In this document: in pieces, positions 37,888 through 51,622 of the stretch | Layout of the letters: each line of letters begins with the position of its first letter | Numbering within the stretch: the first letter of the stretch is position 1 | From: Botryllus schlosseri | Lineage: Eukaryota | Direction of reading: 5' to 3' | Assembly (NCBI GenBank): GCA_051294905.1 | Contig: CM119372.1 | Location: 33,420,001 to 33,484,000 of the forward strand | DNA: 64,000 bases | Program-made: the position numbers and the translations under genes | Notes under the pieces: model-generated | What the model was told of the DNA's origin: nothing | What the model saw: the letters and a program-made list of their open reading frames with translations, nothing else | Database searches by the model: none

Positions 37888-38759
37888 TTCTCCCCCGCCT
37901 TCAATAAATACAATTATTAATTCATTAATTCAATTATTACGTATTTTTTATTGACGATTTTAATTTGTCCTGCAAATTAATGGCTGTTATATACGTTTAC
38001 TGGTTATCAATACGAGTAATACCCCCAATATATTTTCTAGTCCTGTTTTTGCAGTACTTCATATAGGTGACATATGTCAATGATGTAATGATAGACATGC
38101 TTACTACGAAAATTATGGAATAACTATTTAGCGGGTTCTACATTCTACGTAGCCCGGTCAGCACCGGGGTATTAAGTTGGGATGATTCAATCTTCCAGAA
38201 CTGGGCGGTCCAGACGATGGAACCGCGGCCGGAACCATGATCGCTACAATATCACCGCTTGTGGCTCGAATATTGACGTTTGGTATATTTTGTTCAGGTG
38301 TCTCATCGGAAATACATGTGGTGTTTATTAGTGTGACATTTGTGTAATGCCCCTGACGGGACCAAGCGCAGTACATTGTATGTCCTTCTTTGATGGCCTG
38401 CGTAGATCTGCGTAAGCAAACAGCACAACATGTGTGGAATATTAAATCCCTGCCGCCATGTGCGGGGCTAACGTCGTTTTTCTCGACAACTCATAACTAT
38501 TGATTCTCTCCTTTTTAATCCCGTACAATTTATATGGCAGGGTGGTCTTTTTCACCTGTTCCACACTAGACCTAGTGAATCTACCACCCATATTTCAAGG
38601 TCCAGGGGAAACACTAACATACCTACCACACACCCATCACTTGATGCTGCATACTTTTGCCGACAACACCTCTGGGCATGTAATTCACTAGTACCCAACA
38701 ATGTTATTCCTGCTTATCAATGGATCAATTTAGCAGTCGGCATCATCCCCGAAAAGCGT

Positions 38760-39900
38760 CGTTCATTGTGCGCTGCTGTGAGAACTACGAAGTATATTAG
38801 AGCAGTTATTGCTCACTGCAAGATGTGATGGCCTTTTAAGAGGAACTGTCTTGCGTGATTTTATTATCTGTTTCAAATGATGTTGGATTTTTCACAGCGC
38901 TGTCACCATGGCCTTCGACATGGTGTTCTGGTTGCGAGAAACGACATTACTCCTACTTGATGGCCGTATTTCTCAAAATTTAAGGGTAGAATATATCCGT
39001 TCATGGTATTGATGAAACCTGATAAACGTGAACATCTGTATTCGCTGACATGTCAGTGATAGACAATTTACCGGAATTTTGCGACACGTCAACTGTTCTA
39101 ATTCTCAAGCTTGGCTATGAGTTACCGGTCCAGCCCGAATACCTGATTTTGATGGAGAAACATGAATCAATCATCTCACAAAATTACGCAAGGATAGTGA
39201 TTTGGTTCCAGGATATGTTCCAATTAGATATTCCTCACCGGATAATCAATCCATTCTGTGACGTGTCCAGGCATGAAATGTGTGAGCAGCTGATTGCATT
39301 GTAGTCAGGGTTGCCATACGTCCCCTTTTAAGAGGATTTGTCCTCTTTTTTGACTTTTTTGAAAGTGTCCTCGGAGGACGTCTAAACGTCCTCTTTCTTG
39401 AGAATTGTTCCTCTTTTTTGTAATTTTTGGTTAAATGTACGTGGAAATTGGACTGAGATATAGGAAATCAGCGCCCGAATAACGGTCTGGCGGGTTTTTC
39501 GGAACCTGAGCCAGAAAATGACTTTTTTTAGTCAATTAGCCACAAACTCGGGAAAAATTTACCCTTTTTCCGGATTTTACTCCATCATTGTAAATCTGAA
39601 AATTTTGAAAAAGCGTCATTTTTTCAGATTTCGAAAATATGGTAACCCTAATTGTAGTGTAGAACTATTTTGAGTTCAACCAGAAGTTCAATATCTCCAA
39701 TCAATCGTTCTGGGTACACAACTGAATAAAAAAATAAACACTCTCACTGAAGTTGGGCTTGGCTTTTTCGCCGTTACCCTTCCCCGCTCATATTTGATAG
39801 AACGCGTTTTTTTGGCTAATCGAGGAGGGTCTTCGACGGGCACTACACCAACCTTGAAATTTGATACTACAATTATTGTAGATAAATAGGGGAACGTCGC
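38760..39900 (+). pseudogene. Degraded hAT (Buster/Charlie-type) transposase C-terminal remnant, split by a MITE
   Basis: WFQDMFQLDIPHRIINPF...EQLIAL before the MITE and LPFPRSYLIERVF after it. These match the Buster-family dimerisation region (FPSSYLVERGFS). Confidence 0.6.
39306..39650. mobile_element. hAT-type MITE (related partial copy from ~24836)
   Basis: TIR CAGGGTTGCCATA / TATGGTAACCCTA; TSD ATTGTAGT at 39298-39305 and 39651-39658. Confidence 0.9.
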
Positions 39901-40969
39901 AGACGTAGTCTAATGTTTGTTCTGGAAGCGATTGTAGCAGGTACATTTCAATTCTTACATGCAATCAGGTTGTAGTGCTCTTGCAATTGAAAATTGGGTT
40001 AATCAGTTGACTCATATCTTGACATGTACTTGACAATGTCAATAAATATGTGTAAAATCATTCGCAAAACCAAACATTCGTATTCGCCCTATCTAGAAAA
40101 GAGGTTCTCGAACTTTTTTAGACACGCCCCGCTTGATTATAGTGAAATTTCACGCCCCGTCATCGACATATATAAAAAAAAAACGTATTAAAATGGGCGA
40201 CCAGAATGTTTGCAATCCCAACGCATAGTTTGATGGCATGGAAAATTATGAATAATGAGAGGCTAATTCAACTTATCCTTTTTTTTCGATTAATGATGCA
40301 TATTATACATGGCATATGACACGGCCTGGTAAGGATCTTATTTCTTAATAAAACGGTGCTTTTCGACGCACTCTGCACAGATGCTTGACAGACAGACCAT
40401 AAAACGTCAGCTAGCAGTTGTGCTACGCTGTACAGTGTACAGTTTACGAACCATTGTGCGGTCCTCTTGAATGTTTATGACCTAGTTTAGTCTTCCGATA
40501 AAAACGAAGCGGATTAGGTAATGGTGAAACAAGACTTACATTACTCTATGCATCAACATCGATTACAGTTATGTCATGAAAACTCTGTGTAAAAAAGGGT
40601 TGTCCAAAATTGGGAGAATCTTAAAAATACTCCGCGACTGATGTGTTTCATTCTACAGATTATTTATTTAAAAAAAACAATGAGCCAGAACGAAGCTAAC
40701 AGGAGAGCCGTTCAGATTTCAATCAAAGCGTTTGAAAGTAGCTGCTCAAGAATGGGTGTGCCACCGACCATAGAACGGCGAGAAGACTAGTAATCACATA
40801 ACCATTACTCTTGATTAGCAAATCGGCTATGCTTCAATGATCACGACAGCAGCAGCTTGATGATTAGGTGTTCAAGGAGTCTGTAACCGGCGGGGATTCA
40901 GAAAGCGCATTGTTGGTAGGTTGGCAGATGATGATTTAAGATTATTTCACGACATGTTGAGGTACATAG

Positions 40970-41085
40970 CGGGGGACATAGCGTAGTGGTGACGATAAGC
41001 GCCTACAAATCTGGCGGATCCAACTCGATTCCCGTCGGAGGTTTATCTGGGCTCCTCTTCCCCCGCCGTTGCCGTTCTTTACGGC
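40970..41085 (+). mobile_element. tRNA-derived SINE copy
   Basis: A-box TAGCGTAGTGG (40979-40989) and degenerate B-box ACTCGATTCCC. The body GTCGGAGGTTTATCTGGGCTCCTC is similar to 3058-3232. Confidence 0.5.
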
Positions 41086-41434
41086 GACAAAAAAGTACAG
41101 AAAAATACCCGACGAAAGAAAGCACTCACAAGGAATGGAAAGAACTGGTAGAAAGGGCCGCAGCTTCAAAAATATAAACTTCGAAAAGAACTGTGACATC
41201 GGGCACTCTAGGCCGAGGTGGATGTTAGATTAAAAGGATCGCTACTGATGCGTGTCGTTCGACATCGTCCTATCTATTCATGACATCGCATTATATCTTA
41301 TCGAATTGTACATTGTGTGTGACTTGTTCAGATGAAAAATATAACTCAAAGATTTACGAAATACATGATGAAGAAACAACAGCTTCTTCACAAAAATTTC
41401 TACAGCACGACTGCTTTATTGTGAAGGTAGCGGC

Positions 41435-43775
41435 TAGGGGTGGTGTGAACCTCTAAAAGGTTCAGGTTCGTGTGAACGCGAACCTTTTTGAAAGGTTCTG
41501 TGTGAACACGAACGTGAACCTCATGACGTCACGGGACGTCATATTGCTAATTCCAATCTATCCTTCAATGAAATGATAGCCTATATTAATGTACACCAGA
41601 GGTCTCAAACACGCGGCCCGCGGGCCGCATGCGGCCCGCCAGAGTATTTTGAGCGGCCCGCGACGACATTTTAGATTTTTATTAATTTGACAAAATATAA
41701 ATTTCACATATGTTTTTTTCAGGTTATAAAGTGAAAAATCCCTCTTAAATTGCTCCGAAAACCTTAAATCAAACTTTATTATCACATCAATTGCAAACGC
41801 TATCATGCAGTGGAACATTCACTATTTCGCCGCATTTCCAATTCATGATGATAAAATCGGACCCTTAGACGATTCTAGACTGAAATTTGTGAGTTGGAAT
41901 GGGACGCGACCTTCCTTAGAATTACTCAGACTCGGGCTAACTCGATGACAAAATGAAAATGACTCGAGTGGACTTGAAGTGACTCGGAATGCCGTGAATT
42001 TGTTAGAACCATGGACGCAACAAACTAATCCCGTATCAGGGGAATAGTAATAGATCAGAAGGTCGCAGCTTGGTATTTCGCTAACTAAGCAAGTATAGTT
42101 ATGACAACCATTGGCAATCTGTTAGTTACATCGCTAAACCATGTTATTACAGCCACTTAAAGGTACCGAGTACCGTAGTGGAACGCTCCAACGATGTAAC
42201 AGCAATGGGCCGTTCGGCGTTCCGACATTTCAATCACTAGGACAAATTCATTAATATATTTATATTATATTTATATTTTTTCTGCTCCTATATTTGAAGA
42301 TTTCGCTATGTGATTAATAGCCTACTGATCAGAAGTATACCCGAATCATGGATTGGAATTACAATGCTCAACTTAAAAATGTTTTGATGTCAGATCAGTC
42401 TTTATTATCAGTCTGTTAGATTCAAAATATTCATAGTAGCTGAAAATTATAACCTGATAGCTTTTATGATGGCATCACACATTTGTCCGCCCATATGGTG
42501 TCTATATCTTATACTTAATATATATCAAGTACAACAACAATTCTATTCAAATAGTTATAAATGTGATGATTCTTTTCGTGCCAGGCCTAAATTGATACAA
42601 ACGTAAATCACATTTTGACGATGTGTGTTTACTATGAGTCTGCTGGATCGGCTCACTTTCAATAGGAAAAGTCATTCCCCCCAAATAAGGCCGACTTGGA
42701 AAGACATAGAATATCCATATAAATGCTGCGGCCCGCGGCGTCGTCAAAACTGGAGAAATGGCCCGCAAGAACATTTGAGTTTGAGACCTCTGATGTACAC
42801 GATACCTAGCGACGACTCGGGCAACATTACGTCACAATGCTGAAATACATATTGACGTTTTAAACGTCGCCAAATGTATCAACTGGGGCAATCAAATGAT
42901 ATAATAATCCCATAAAATCAATATCTTCCGTCGCTTTGCCAACAATTTTGACGAGGACTTACCAGGGAATATAAGGAAACGAAGGGACGTAGTATATTTT
43001 TGTCCTTGATGTTCTTGCGGCATATACACCGACTCATGATATACATACACACGATCTGCGTATATGCATACCATGAGTAGATATGCAAGATGCAGATATA
43101 GCCTTGTAGCAGTGTTGGGATGACTCGAGTTATGACTTGACTCAAGTCAGACTCGAGTCACCTTTTTCGTATGACAGATCGGAAAATGTATTCGGCGTCT
43201 GAGTACATTGATATTGAGCAGAGTGTGAAACGGGTTTCTATACTTGCTACCGATAGTAGGCCTACCCCAGTTACAAGTGTGTAGTCACAGTAGCCAACAC
43301 CTCAATCGCACCGATTTGGTTTTAATGATCCAGTAAACATATGAAGTCAATATTGACCCCAAACGTCTGCTAGATTGATTAGTTGAATAAACATCATTCG
43401 CTGACTACGTTGCTTATTTCGCTCGTGATATTTTGTGATTGTGGGTCAAGCTCGCAGCAGAAAGTCAATAGATATATTTACAAACGGAAAGTTGGATATT
43501 TCGAGGAAACTTTTGCAACAAAGCAAGTAAAACTTTTGAGATTGTCAAGGTACATGCTCGTTTAGTGTTGATTTTTTATGCCTATTGCGCCATGCATAGA
43601 GTGGCCTGCAGTTGAAATGCAATAAATTTGAACCAACGATGAAGTGAAAATTGTAATATATGAAAAAGGTTCACAGTGCAGAACCTACCAAGGTTCTGTT
43701 GTGAACGCGAACCTCTAAATTTCCGAGGTTCACACACAGAACGCGAACTTGAACCTCACGTTCACACCATCCCTA
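41435..43775. mobile_element. hAT-type non-autonomous element hosting nested insertions
   Basis: TIR TAGGGGTGGTGTGAAC / GTTCACACCATCCCTA; TSD GTAGCGGC at 41427-41434 and 43776-43783. Confidence 0.9.
41597..42792. mobile_element. hAT MITE, paralog of 27686-28912
   Basis: Same TIRs and internal sequence; TSD ATGTACAC at 41589-41596 and 42793-42800. Confidence 0.95.
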
Positions 43776-44752
43776 GTAGCGGCTGTAGTCAACATGCCGT
43801 GTTTCCATCGAGGGAAAGCAAATGCGCTTATGCAAGTGGCGAACGAATTCCCCATTGCAGAAGGGATCCATCATCAGTGAATACAAATATAAAGTGTGAC
43901 TATGGCACTATACTTTGTGTGATCTTATTGGACCCAAGTTGTAGTATATAGCGGATGTTTTGAATGCTTGGTTATGCTTGGCAATTATACTTACAGCAGA
44001 TCGAATTCACTTGTAAGTGTTGGCAAAGTCCCTAATGATGCTGCAGAAAAGAGGTATAAGGCAAGCACAAACTATGCTAGATACTATGCAGCATAATCTG
44101 TGCTTTTCGTTACACCTCTTTTCTGCGGGATCATTTAGGACTTTGACATATAGGCTACCATATCCAGCATAGCCTGTGGGTGCATTTACACTTCTCTTTT
44201 CTGTGTTTATCATTAAGGACATTGACAACACTTACAAGTGACTTCAAATTGCTGTAACCCAGCAAACACAGAACCGTAAAAAAACCTTTCGGGATGGTTT
44301 CGAATGGTTATTTTAGGGTTTCGATTTTTATGTTTCAGAGGTATGTTTAAAATACGTAGGAAAAATGATCTTGAGGATCAAATTATTCTGTATGAATTCC
44401 AATTTGGTGGTAAGTATTCTGATGTGGGAAGCTATTTGGAACCTGTAGATACCGTTGCGTTTTGATAGAGTGCTGTCATCAGTATAAATTCATGTTACTT
44501 GGTCGAAAACCTTATTTTCTGATTTACCGTCATCATTATATACAGCCTATATTCATTGTCTCGTGAGTCTCGTCTGTTTCGCTAGCTGAGCATGAATTCC
44601 AGTTTTATTCCGAGTAAATATAACTAAATAAGTCGAATGGGTGCACTTAACTGTACGTGGTTATCCGAGCGTGACTTCTAGATTATTCTGGAAATTTGAA
44701 CCGCGCTTCGCGCTTCGTTCGCGGGATGACTGTTTCGGAATGTGGTTGTATA

Positions 44753-46781
44753 CAGGGCTGTGGAGTCGGAGTCGGAGTCGGTGGAGTCGGAGTCGGAGTC
44801 GGGGTGATTTTCGCTTGATGGGGTCGGAGTCGGAGTCGGAGTCGTGAAAACTATAATAGCTGGAGTCGGAGTCGGAGTCGGAGTCGGTGGGAAAATATTG
44901 ACTGGAGTCGGAGTCGGAGTTTGTGATAATGACTATGACTTCGACTCCGACTCCGACTCCAACTTCTCTATCATGAAAACATATGCTTTCAAAGAATTTT
45001 CAATATAATTTTTATGTACCACCAATCACTGTTATTGATAACCATACAGATCAGGGGCGGCCAGCCCGTGGCACGCAGGCCAAATTTGGCACACGAGAAG
45101 GTTAGGTGTGGCCTGCGAGGTAATTTTCGAAATTATTTATGACATCAGGTACAATTGCAAAACCAACCAAAATTTGATTAGCATGACCGCGAAATTTGAT
45201 GATGACTAAAACAACAGTTCTGACGCATTGACGTATCCAGGGGTCAGCGACATTTATCCCAGATCTTCTTATATGACCATGAAGTAGAATAGGCTATTTC
45301 ATAGCAGATTTATTTGACTTGAAATTTTTCTCGGTACTTCGCATGATTCATTGTCACTAGATTTCTTGCATTCAGTATTTGAGCCCCCTTCTGAAAATTA
45401 TAAATACATATTATTCACAGAATTGAGTCTAACTATATTCGCAATTAGGAGATACGGCTTCGCTTGTGCACTCGCAGCGAGATCGTCGACACAACATTTG
45501 TACAAAATGATAGAGGCATGTTCACTGATACCGTCGATTTTGCTATGTCTAAACGTCGAATAATCCTGTCCTTGCCAAATGACCCCAGTGGTATACAGAT
45601 GCGACCCCCAATGTATGTTAGCGACATATTTATCGATGTAGCTATAGCCTAATTCAGTCGTTATCTTGCAAAAAAATTTCGCGCTTCGCGCGACCATGCC
45701 CTGCTGCGCACAGCACAGTTGCATGACATATTGTTATCAATTTTAGAGCGTATTATATAAGTCTTGTTTGCAATGTTACCTAATTCGGTTCGCTCCTATA
45801 TCGACGACTAAAAAAGGTTTTCCACATTCCAGTTGCCCGTGCAATGGTTCGTAAATCTCAGGTGTCTCTTTCACCCTGATATAGATAAAATTATACATTA
45901 CTTGCAAATTACGACTCAGTTGCAGAGGGGAAGAAAATCGCAAGATGCGTTTTGCGTTGATGCAATTTTTAGAATTATACCATGATACTGTGACAGAGAA
46001 AATGCATCGGCTGGTTTTGTAAAATTGTAAAAATGATGTAAATATGACCAAAGGATGCTTCCCACATGACAAAATTAAAAATATTTGTAGTGTAGCTTAG
46101 CTGTTTGGGTCGAACAAATGATTAAGAAAGACTGCAAGTCCCAATCCTTGAATACTTGATTAAGTACATGTAGACTAGACATAGGCTATGGTCTTTGACT
46201 ACTTAACTAAATTCCATTTACGACCAATGTCTATTATTAGTAGTAGTAAGAGTGTTTGTGCTTGTAATCAGGATAGTGTGCAATGACGAAATTAGTAAGT
46301 TCAATTTCTTTATTAGTTGCTGAGTTATACACAAGAGCTACACTTGGATTTTTTATCTACATTTTTGTTATACAGGATTGGATATCTGCCATATTTGAAT
46401 GATTCATACATTTCAGGATATTAGAGAGTCCATGTTATAAAAACTTGAATAAGGAAGGATATTTAGCAAATCTTTATTTCATGTTAATTGCATAGTGGAT
46501 AATTCGAGCTGTGCCACAATGAAACAATTTAGCATGCCACAGTTAATCATATGTTTGCATGTGTTTAATGGTTGTATGATAGTCATTCAACCGACAATGT
46601 GGCATATAATTTTCGAAGTAAATTGGTAATAATGCTGGAGTCGGAGTCGGAGTCGGAGTCGGAGTCGGTACATTTAAAGACTCGGGAGTCGGAGTCGGAG
46701 TCGGAGTCGGTATATTGAAAATGTGTGGAGTCGGAGTCGGAGCCGGAGTCGGTGGTAAAATTTACCGACTCCACAGCCCTG
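44753..46781. mobile_element. hAT-type element with (GGAGTC)n subterminal arrays
   Basis: TIR CAGGGCTGTGGAGTCGG / CCGACTCCACAGCCCTG; TSD GTTGTATA at 44745-44752 and 46782-46789. Confidence 0.93.
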
Positions 46782-47730
46782 GTTGTATAGTTGTGTATGT
46801 TAAATTCTGGAAGCTGGAATTGCGACTGGTACCGGATGTGGGTAAGAACTAGGTGTACGGTACATAGTTGAGCGAGTAATATGCTATTTTGAAGGAATAC
46901 CCTGTAGTTTATGACTCCGAGAGCTGTTTGACTTGCTGCAAACAGTTCGAAAATTACGTCTATTTCGGTGGCTGTAATAATAATAATACAAGCATTTTCA
47001 GCTATTTATAACATTATAATGTAGCATGTTATCAGGGACAATCACCGTACCGGAATGCATACTATATGGGTTGCTCAATGGCTTGGTCGTCTGCAGTTAT
47101 CCACGTAAGTTTCTAAAATGATGCTTATATGAGTCATTTTCGTATCATATTATGATAACATACCGTAACATGTAGGAGATTATATGACACGGCCTACTGG
47201 GTATAATCTTAGCGCTGGCGACCAGCTGTACCAACTACTTTTTCACTGATTCCTAAAATACTAATTAAAATCTCGTCCGGGCACTGAAACCCCCTAAAAT
47301 CTCTCACAAAGTTGGAAATTTTCATTTTACTGAACAATAGGGGCGCCCGAGCTGAATGCCGATTAACATTTGGTACGCACGGTACCGATTGTGACGCCAT
47401 GCCATTGAGCGTCTCGGCGAAGTCAAGCCGTGCTCCCGGTGAGGCCGTGACCCTCTGAGTATGTTGCTAGAGATTGATGTGATGCCAATATACGTCCTAT
47501 TCGAGTAGTTTTAGTATTTCGCGTCGTAGCGCATTTACAAATTTGAGAATACAAATGATAGCACTGAAGCCAACGCATATTGTAGAATTTACTATCAACA
47601 TCAACGTGTACTTATTTGAAGCTAGCTGGCCAATTTACAAAACAATTATATAGTTCCATTCGGGTCTTGATGGTTCCTAAATTTTATTTGAATTGGCAGT
47701 ATTGGAACGTAGTTTTATAGGTGTTGCAAC

Positions 47731-47904
47731 CAATGTTCCCTGTAAGCTGCTCAAGTGTGCAATTGCGACATGCTGACACCGTATCTGGGCACAGAAAATT
47801 TAAGCTGCGCACAAAACATCAAAGTGATGACCTTTTTTTAGTCGCTACGCACTGTTGTCCAAGTTGAGTGCGTGCAGACTCTTGAAAAATTGGAGGGAAC
47901 ATTG
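47731..47904. mobile_element. hAT-type MITE, relative of 6829-7028
   Basis: TIR CAATGTTCCCT / AGGGAACATTG; TSD GTTGCAAC / GTTGCAGC. Confidence 0.85.
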
Positions 47905-50230
47905 GTTGCAGCTACTTTGAGTTGGTTGCATCGCATCAATCGCTGTAAACGCGAATACGTCCTAAAATGCAAGTAGCCTACTTTCATATTTTTTGTCGCG
48001 CATATAGAAATTTGGACAAATAGAAATGAGAACACACCAGTTATTCTCTGCGATTAACCGACTGATTAACAAAACGGCTCATTCTCATAATTCATTCAGC
48101 TAAGTCCTAAACGGCATCCCAACCAAACCAAAAATGATATCGCAAATGTATGATTTCAAACTGCCGAACATCCCAATTATAGGTACAATTTATCTATCTA
48201 TGATGCACTATAAACACTGTTTCGTTAATTAGCCTGTTATGCGCAGAGAACACCTAGTGTGTTATCGCACTGGTGTCTCATTCACATTAGAACTATGTTA
48301 TAATATTGTCAGTTCCGATGAAATTTATGACCCACAAAGAGCCGAATGGATTCATCTGCTACGTGCAAGGAAGTACGCATCTATATCGAATTCCGCAGTG
48401 ATATGCGTAGGTAGGCTGCATTTGTATAATCAAAATTCGTGGATGCGCGATGATGCGAAATGCAAAAACTACTCGACGTATTCGGGTCACATTGAATTAT
48501 ATGTCGCAAAATACTCTGACAATCATGGGGAACACAGCTCGACTTTGCCGAGACGCTTGTTGGCGTCACAGTCGAAAAGAGACTTTATTCGACTATTGTC
48601 TACGGGCGATACAATTGTTAGAAACAATGTAGATTCGGACATTCAGGGTTATTTTCGGGGGGTTCCAGTGGCCGGACCAAATTTTAATTTATATTTTCGA
48701 AATCAATGTGACAGTAGCTTTCGATTGAGACCGGTTGAACAAAATTTTGAGCTCGAGTTGCCAGCGCTAAGATTACCACCTACTGCTTTCGATTTCAGAA
48801 ACAGCAGCACTGATTTTTTTCGGAAGAGCAAGCGGATGCGTAAGAGCTGGCAAAATTGGTAAACTTCTTGACCGGAAAGTGAATTAAACTGTTCTACAAA
48901 AAGATTGTACCGCAGGTATGAGGCTGAATATTTCTAATACTTCTGAGACTTATGGCTAGCAAAACATGATATACAATTGCAGTTTAAAGTTCATCCAACG
49001 CAGAAGCAACTTCCCACTTGGCAGACCGCACTGTCACAATATCACACTGATACGATCGCAAAAGTGGATTTACATACTTTCGTAGTATTCCCTCGGTATG
49101 TCTAGAATTTTTAACCGGACTGACTTTGATAATTATAATGATATCAAAAACTCAATCTCAAACCAAGTATCAATGTTTGATTCGTGGATGTGAAGCAATA
49201 ACTGCAACTGCTGTACCCAGAATCCCTCAATAGGGTTCTTTAGAGTAATGAGGTATCTTCAGTAACTTGAGACTATATTTTCATGCTTTGCGGGGATAGT
49301 TATGTGCACTAGATTCATTTTAATATTCTGAAAACAATGTGGGGGTCGAATATCCGCATTTTAGTTTCATGACCAAAAGTATTTAAGAACCCCTGTAGAT
49401 ACGATACCGCCATATTGTATATTTTGACTCGCGTCAAGTCAGGTTAATCGATTTTCGAAGGTGACTCGAGTCAAATCAGTCGATTTTTGTATGTGACTCG
49501 AGTTGAGTCAAAATTCAAGTCAAGGTGCCTTTTCGTCGTATGAGGCATGATTATGTCATTGCATTTTGCTAGCTGTCTGAAACAGATTGAGCGGTAATTG
49601 ACTCTGAGCCAATGAACGAATACAGAGTTAAATATACGCGCAAGAAGACGCTGTATCGCTCACATATACGCAGAACTGTTAAACTGCGTAAGTAATTGCA
49701 CAGCCTCAGTTTATAGAACTTCTAGAACTGGTAACTTTACCAGCCAAAATAGAGAATAGAGAAATAAATTGATAAGATGCAATACATTACCCTTTTACAA
49801 ACAGATATGATACACCATGCGTTAGTACAACGACGAAGCCGTTTCTGCTAGTGCGGAATAGTGTTGTTGCACACAGGCGAATAGCTTATTTTGAAAAAAA
49901 AACAATAATTTGAAACTGACATCAATTTCAGCATTCAACCGTCAGCCACGTGTTGCACATCTATCCGTAGATTAGTTATCAATACCTATATCTATAGCTA
50001 ATGTTCGGTCAACTGGAAAGTTACACAGCACATTGCATTGAAATAGCAGTGACGTAACGTTAGCAGTCTTCTCACAACTTTTCTGCAATCCTAGTTAAAA
50101 CTCCAGACTCAAAGCAAGAGGCTTGGATGCATGATTATGCATTTTTGTTTTACTTCTAATCCAATTCCTTGTGTTCCTGTAAAGGCTACTGCAGGCCTAT
50201 TGTGTGAAACAAGCCAAGCTTGCTGTACGG

Positions 50231-51129
50231 CAGGGGTGGGCAACATACGGCCCGCGGGCCGGATCCGGCCCGCGAAGGGATTTTGTCCGGCCCGCGGACA
50301 GTTTTCCGTTTTACATGATAATGTGGCCCGCGGCCCCAGTCTGCCGAGATTTGCCACTACTTGCTTACAACGTCAAATTTTAGTGACTGCATAGTGCATG
50401 TTATTATATACGTATATGCGCAGCGTGCTAGAGTGGAGCTTACGCGTAATTTCGTCGAAGCGAGAAGACTTGTATTATCGGCATTTGCGATGTACTCAAC
50501 CCTAATGTCGTTTGAGGTAATCATGGTGTTTGTCGACTACAATGGTCAATTACACCAGGCTGATATTTCTTATTTTTCATTCTGTAACCGCCGACTTGTA
50601 GCACGGCACACTTCTAGGCTTTTGTAAGACGAAAGCACTGCTTATACCAAGGGGTCGCCAACTCAAAACGGGTCGCGGGCCACTTTTCAAATTTCGTAGA
50701 GGTCGCGGACCGCATGAATTCATTATCGAGATTTCTCAGGCCACACAGTTGAACAACGATGCTATCTCGTCACCTACTCAACCCTAACGAATATATGTGT
50801 TGGTAAATTAGGGGTACAGGGGTTATCGAACTCCTTGAAATCTTAATTGAGGATTGCACCGTGTGTTGATTGATCAGATAGAAGCAGACATGGCGGCGCC
50901 TGTATGACAATGCTATTCTCAAATCCACATTGTCTTCGTCACTATCGGCGAGAAATGGCTTTGAAGTGACATTACTGTCGTTAAAATGTATTCATTAAAT
51001 GCGATTTATTCCTTGTATATGTGGAATGTGGATAAATGGGCGGATATTGTATCGATTCAGCAATCCGGCCCGCCAAGTACTTAATTTTCCGATATCCGGC
51101 CCGCCGACTCGAGAAGTTGCCCGCCCCTG
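50231..51129. mobile_element. hAT (Buster/Charlie-type) MITE, paralog of 21192-22221
   Basis: TIR CAGGGGTGGGCAAC / GTTGCCCGCCCCTG; TSD CTGTACGG at 50223-50230 and 51130-51137. Confidence 0.93.
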
Positions 51130-51462
51130 CTGTACGGTATAGACATTTGCTATTCTCATGTCCTTAATAAGAATGGACCATGATTTGGAACTTGGTGCGA
51201 TGTCCGAGTTTTCTCGAATTTAGTCATTTTAATCTAATTTGTATACAAACTGTAGCTATAACTCTAATTTAAATCTAATTTGCAGACAACTGCTGTGTAG
51301 CTATAATCCTTATTCTACTCTGATTCGGAAATATATCTAACTGTAATTCCAATCTAATCAGGAAAAGCTAAAATATTTCTAATTGTCCAAGTCTTTTTGT
51401 GAAGTCCTTGCCGGGTATGATCGTTGCACTTGAATAATTCTGTTTGTATATTATGATTTCAG

Positions 51463-51622
51463 ATAGCTGGATTCAGCTCAGTTGGAGGCGACACAATTGG
51501 CCAATCTGTCAGATCCATCATGAAAAAGGTCGCTACTACCCGTGTGTGGAGCAGTTACAGCCGTGTTGGAAAATGTGGGAAGGAGGCTTTTAACAAGCTC
51601 GCGTTGTACAAGATCATATATA
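51463..51622 (+). CDS. Exon encoding a DUF4806-like domain (accessory gene of the CACTA-like element)
   Basis: Bounded by TTTCAG and GTGAGC. The open frame IAGFSSVGGDTIGQSVRSIMKKVATTRVWSSYSRVGKCGKEAFNKLALYKIIY fits the iGG...vr.iM..l.t....yS..G..gK.aF..l.l pattern. Confidence 0.65.

Noticed and set aside
44641..46774. SR-rich and SD-rich ORFs; CRISPR-like look of the GGAGTC arrays
   Set aside because: Hexamer subterminal repeats of a hAT element, with no unique spacers and no cas genes.
48239..48862. 207-aa ORF
   Set aside because: No recognisable domain; it lies in the mosaic interior of the CACTA-like element. Only its 3' part may be an exon.
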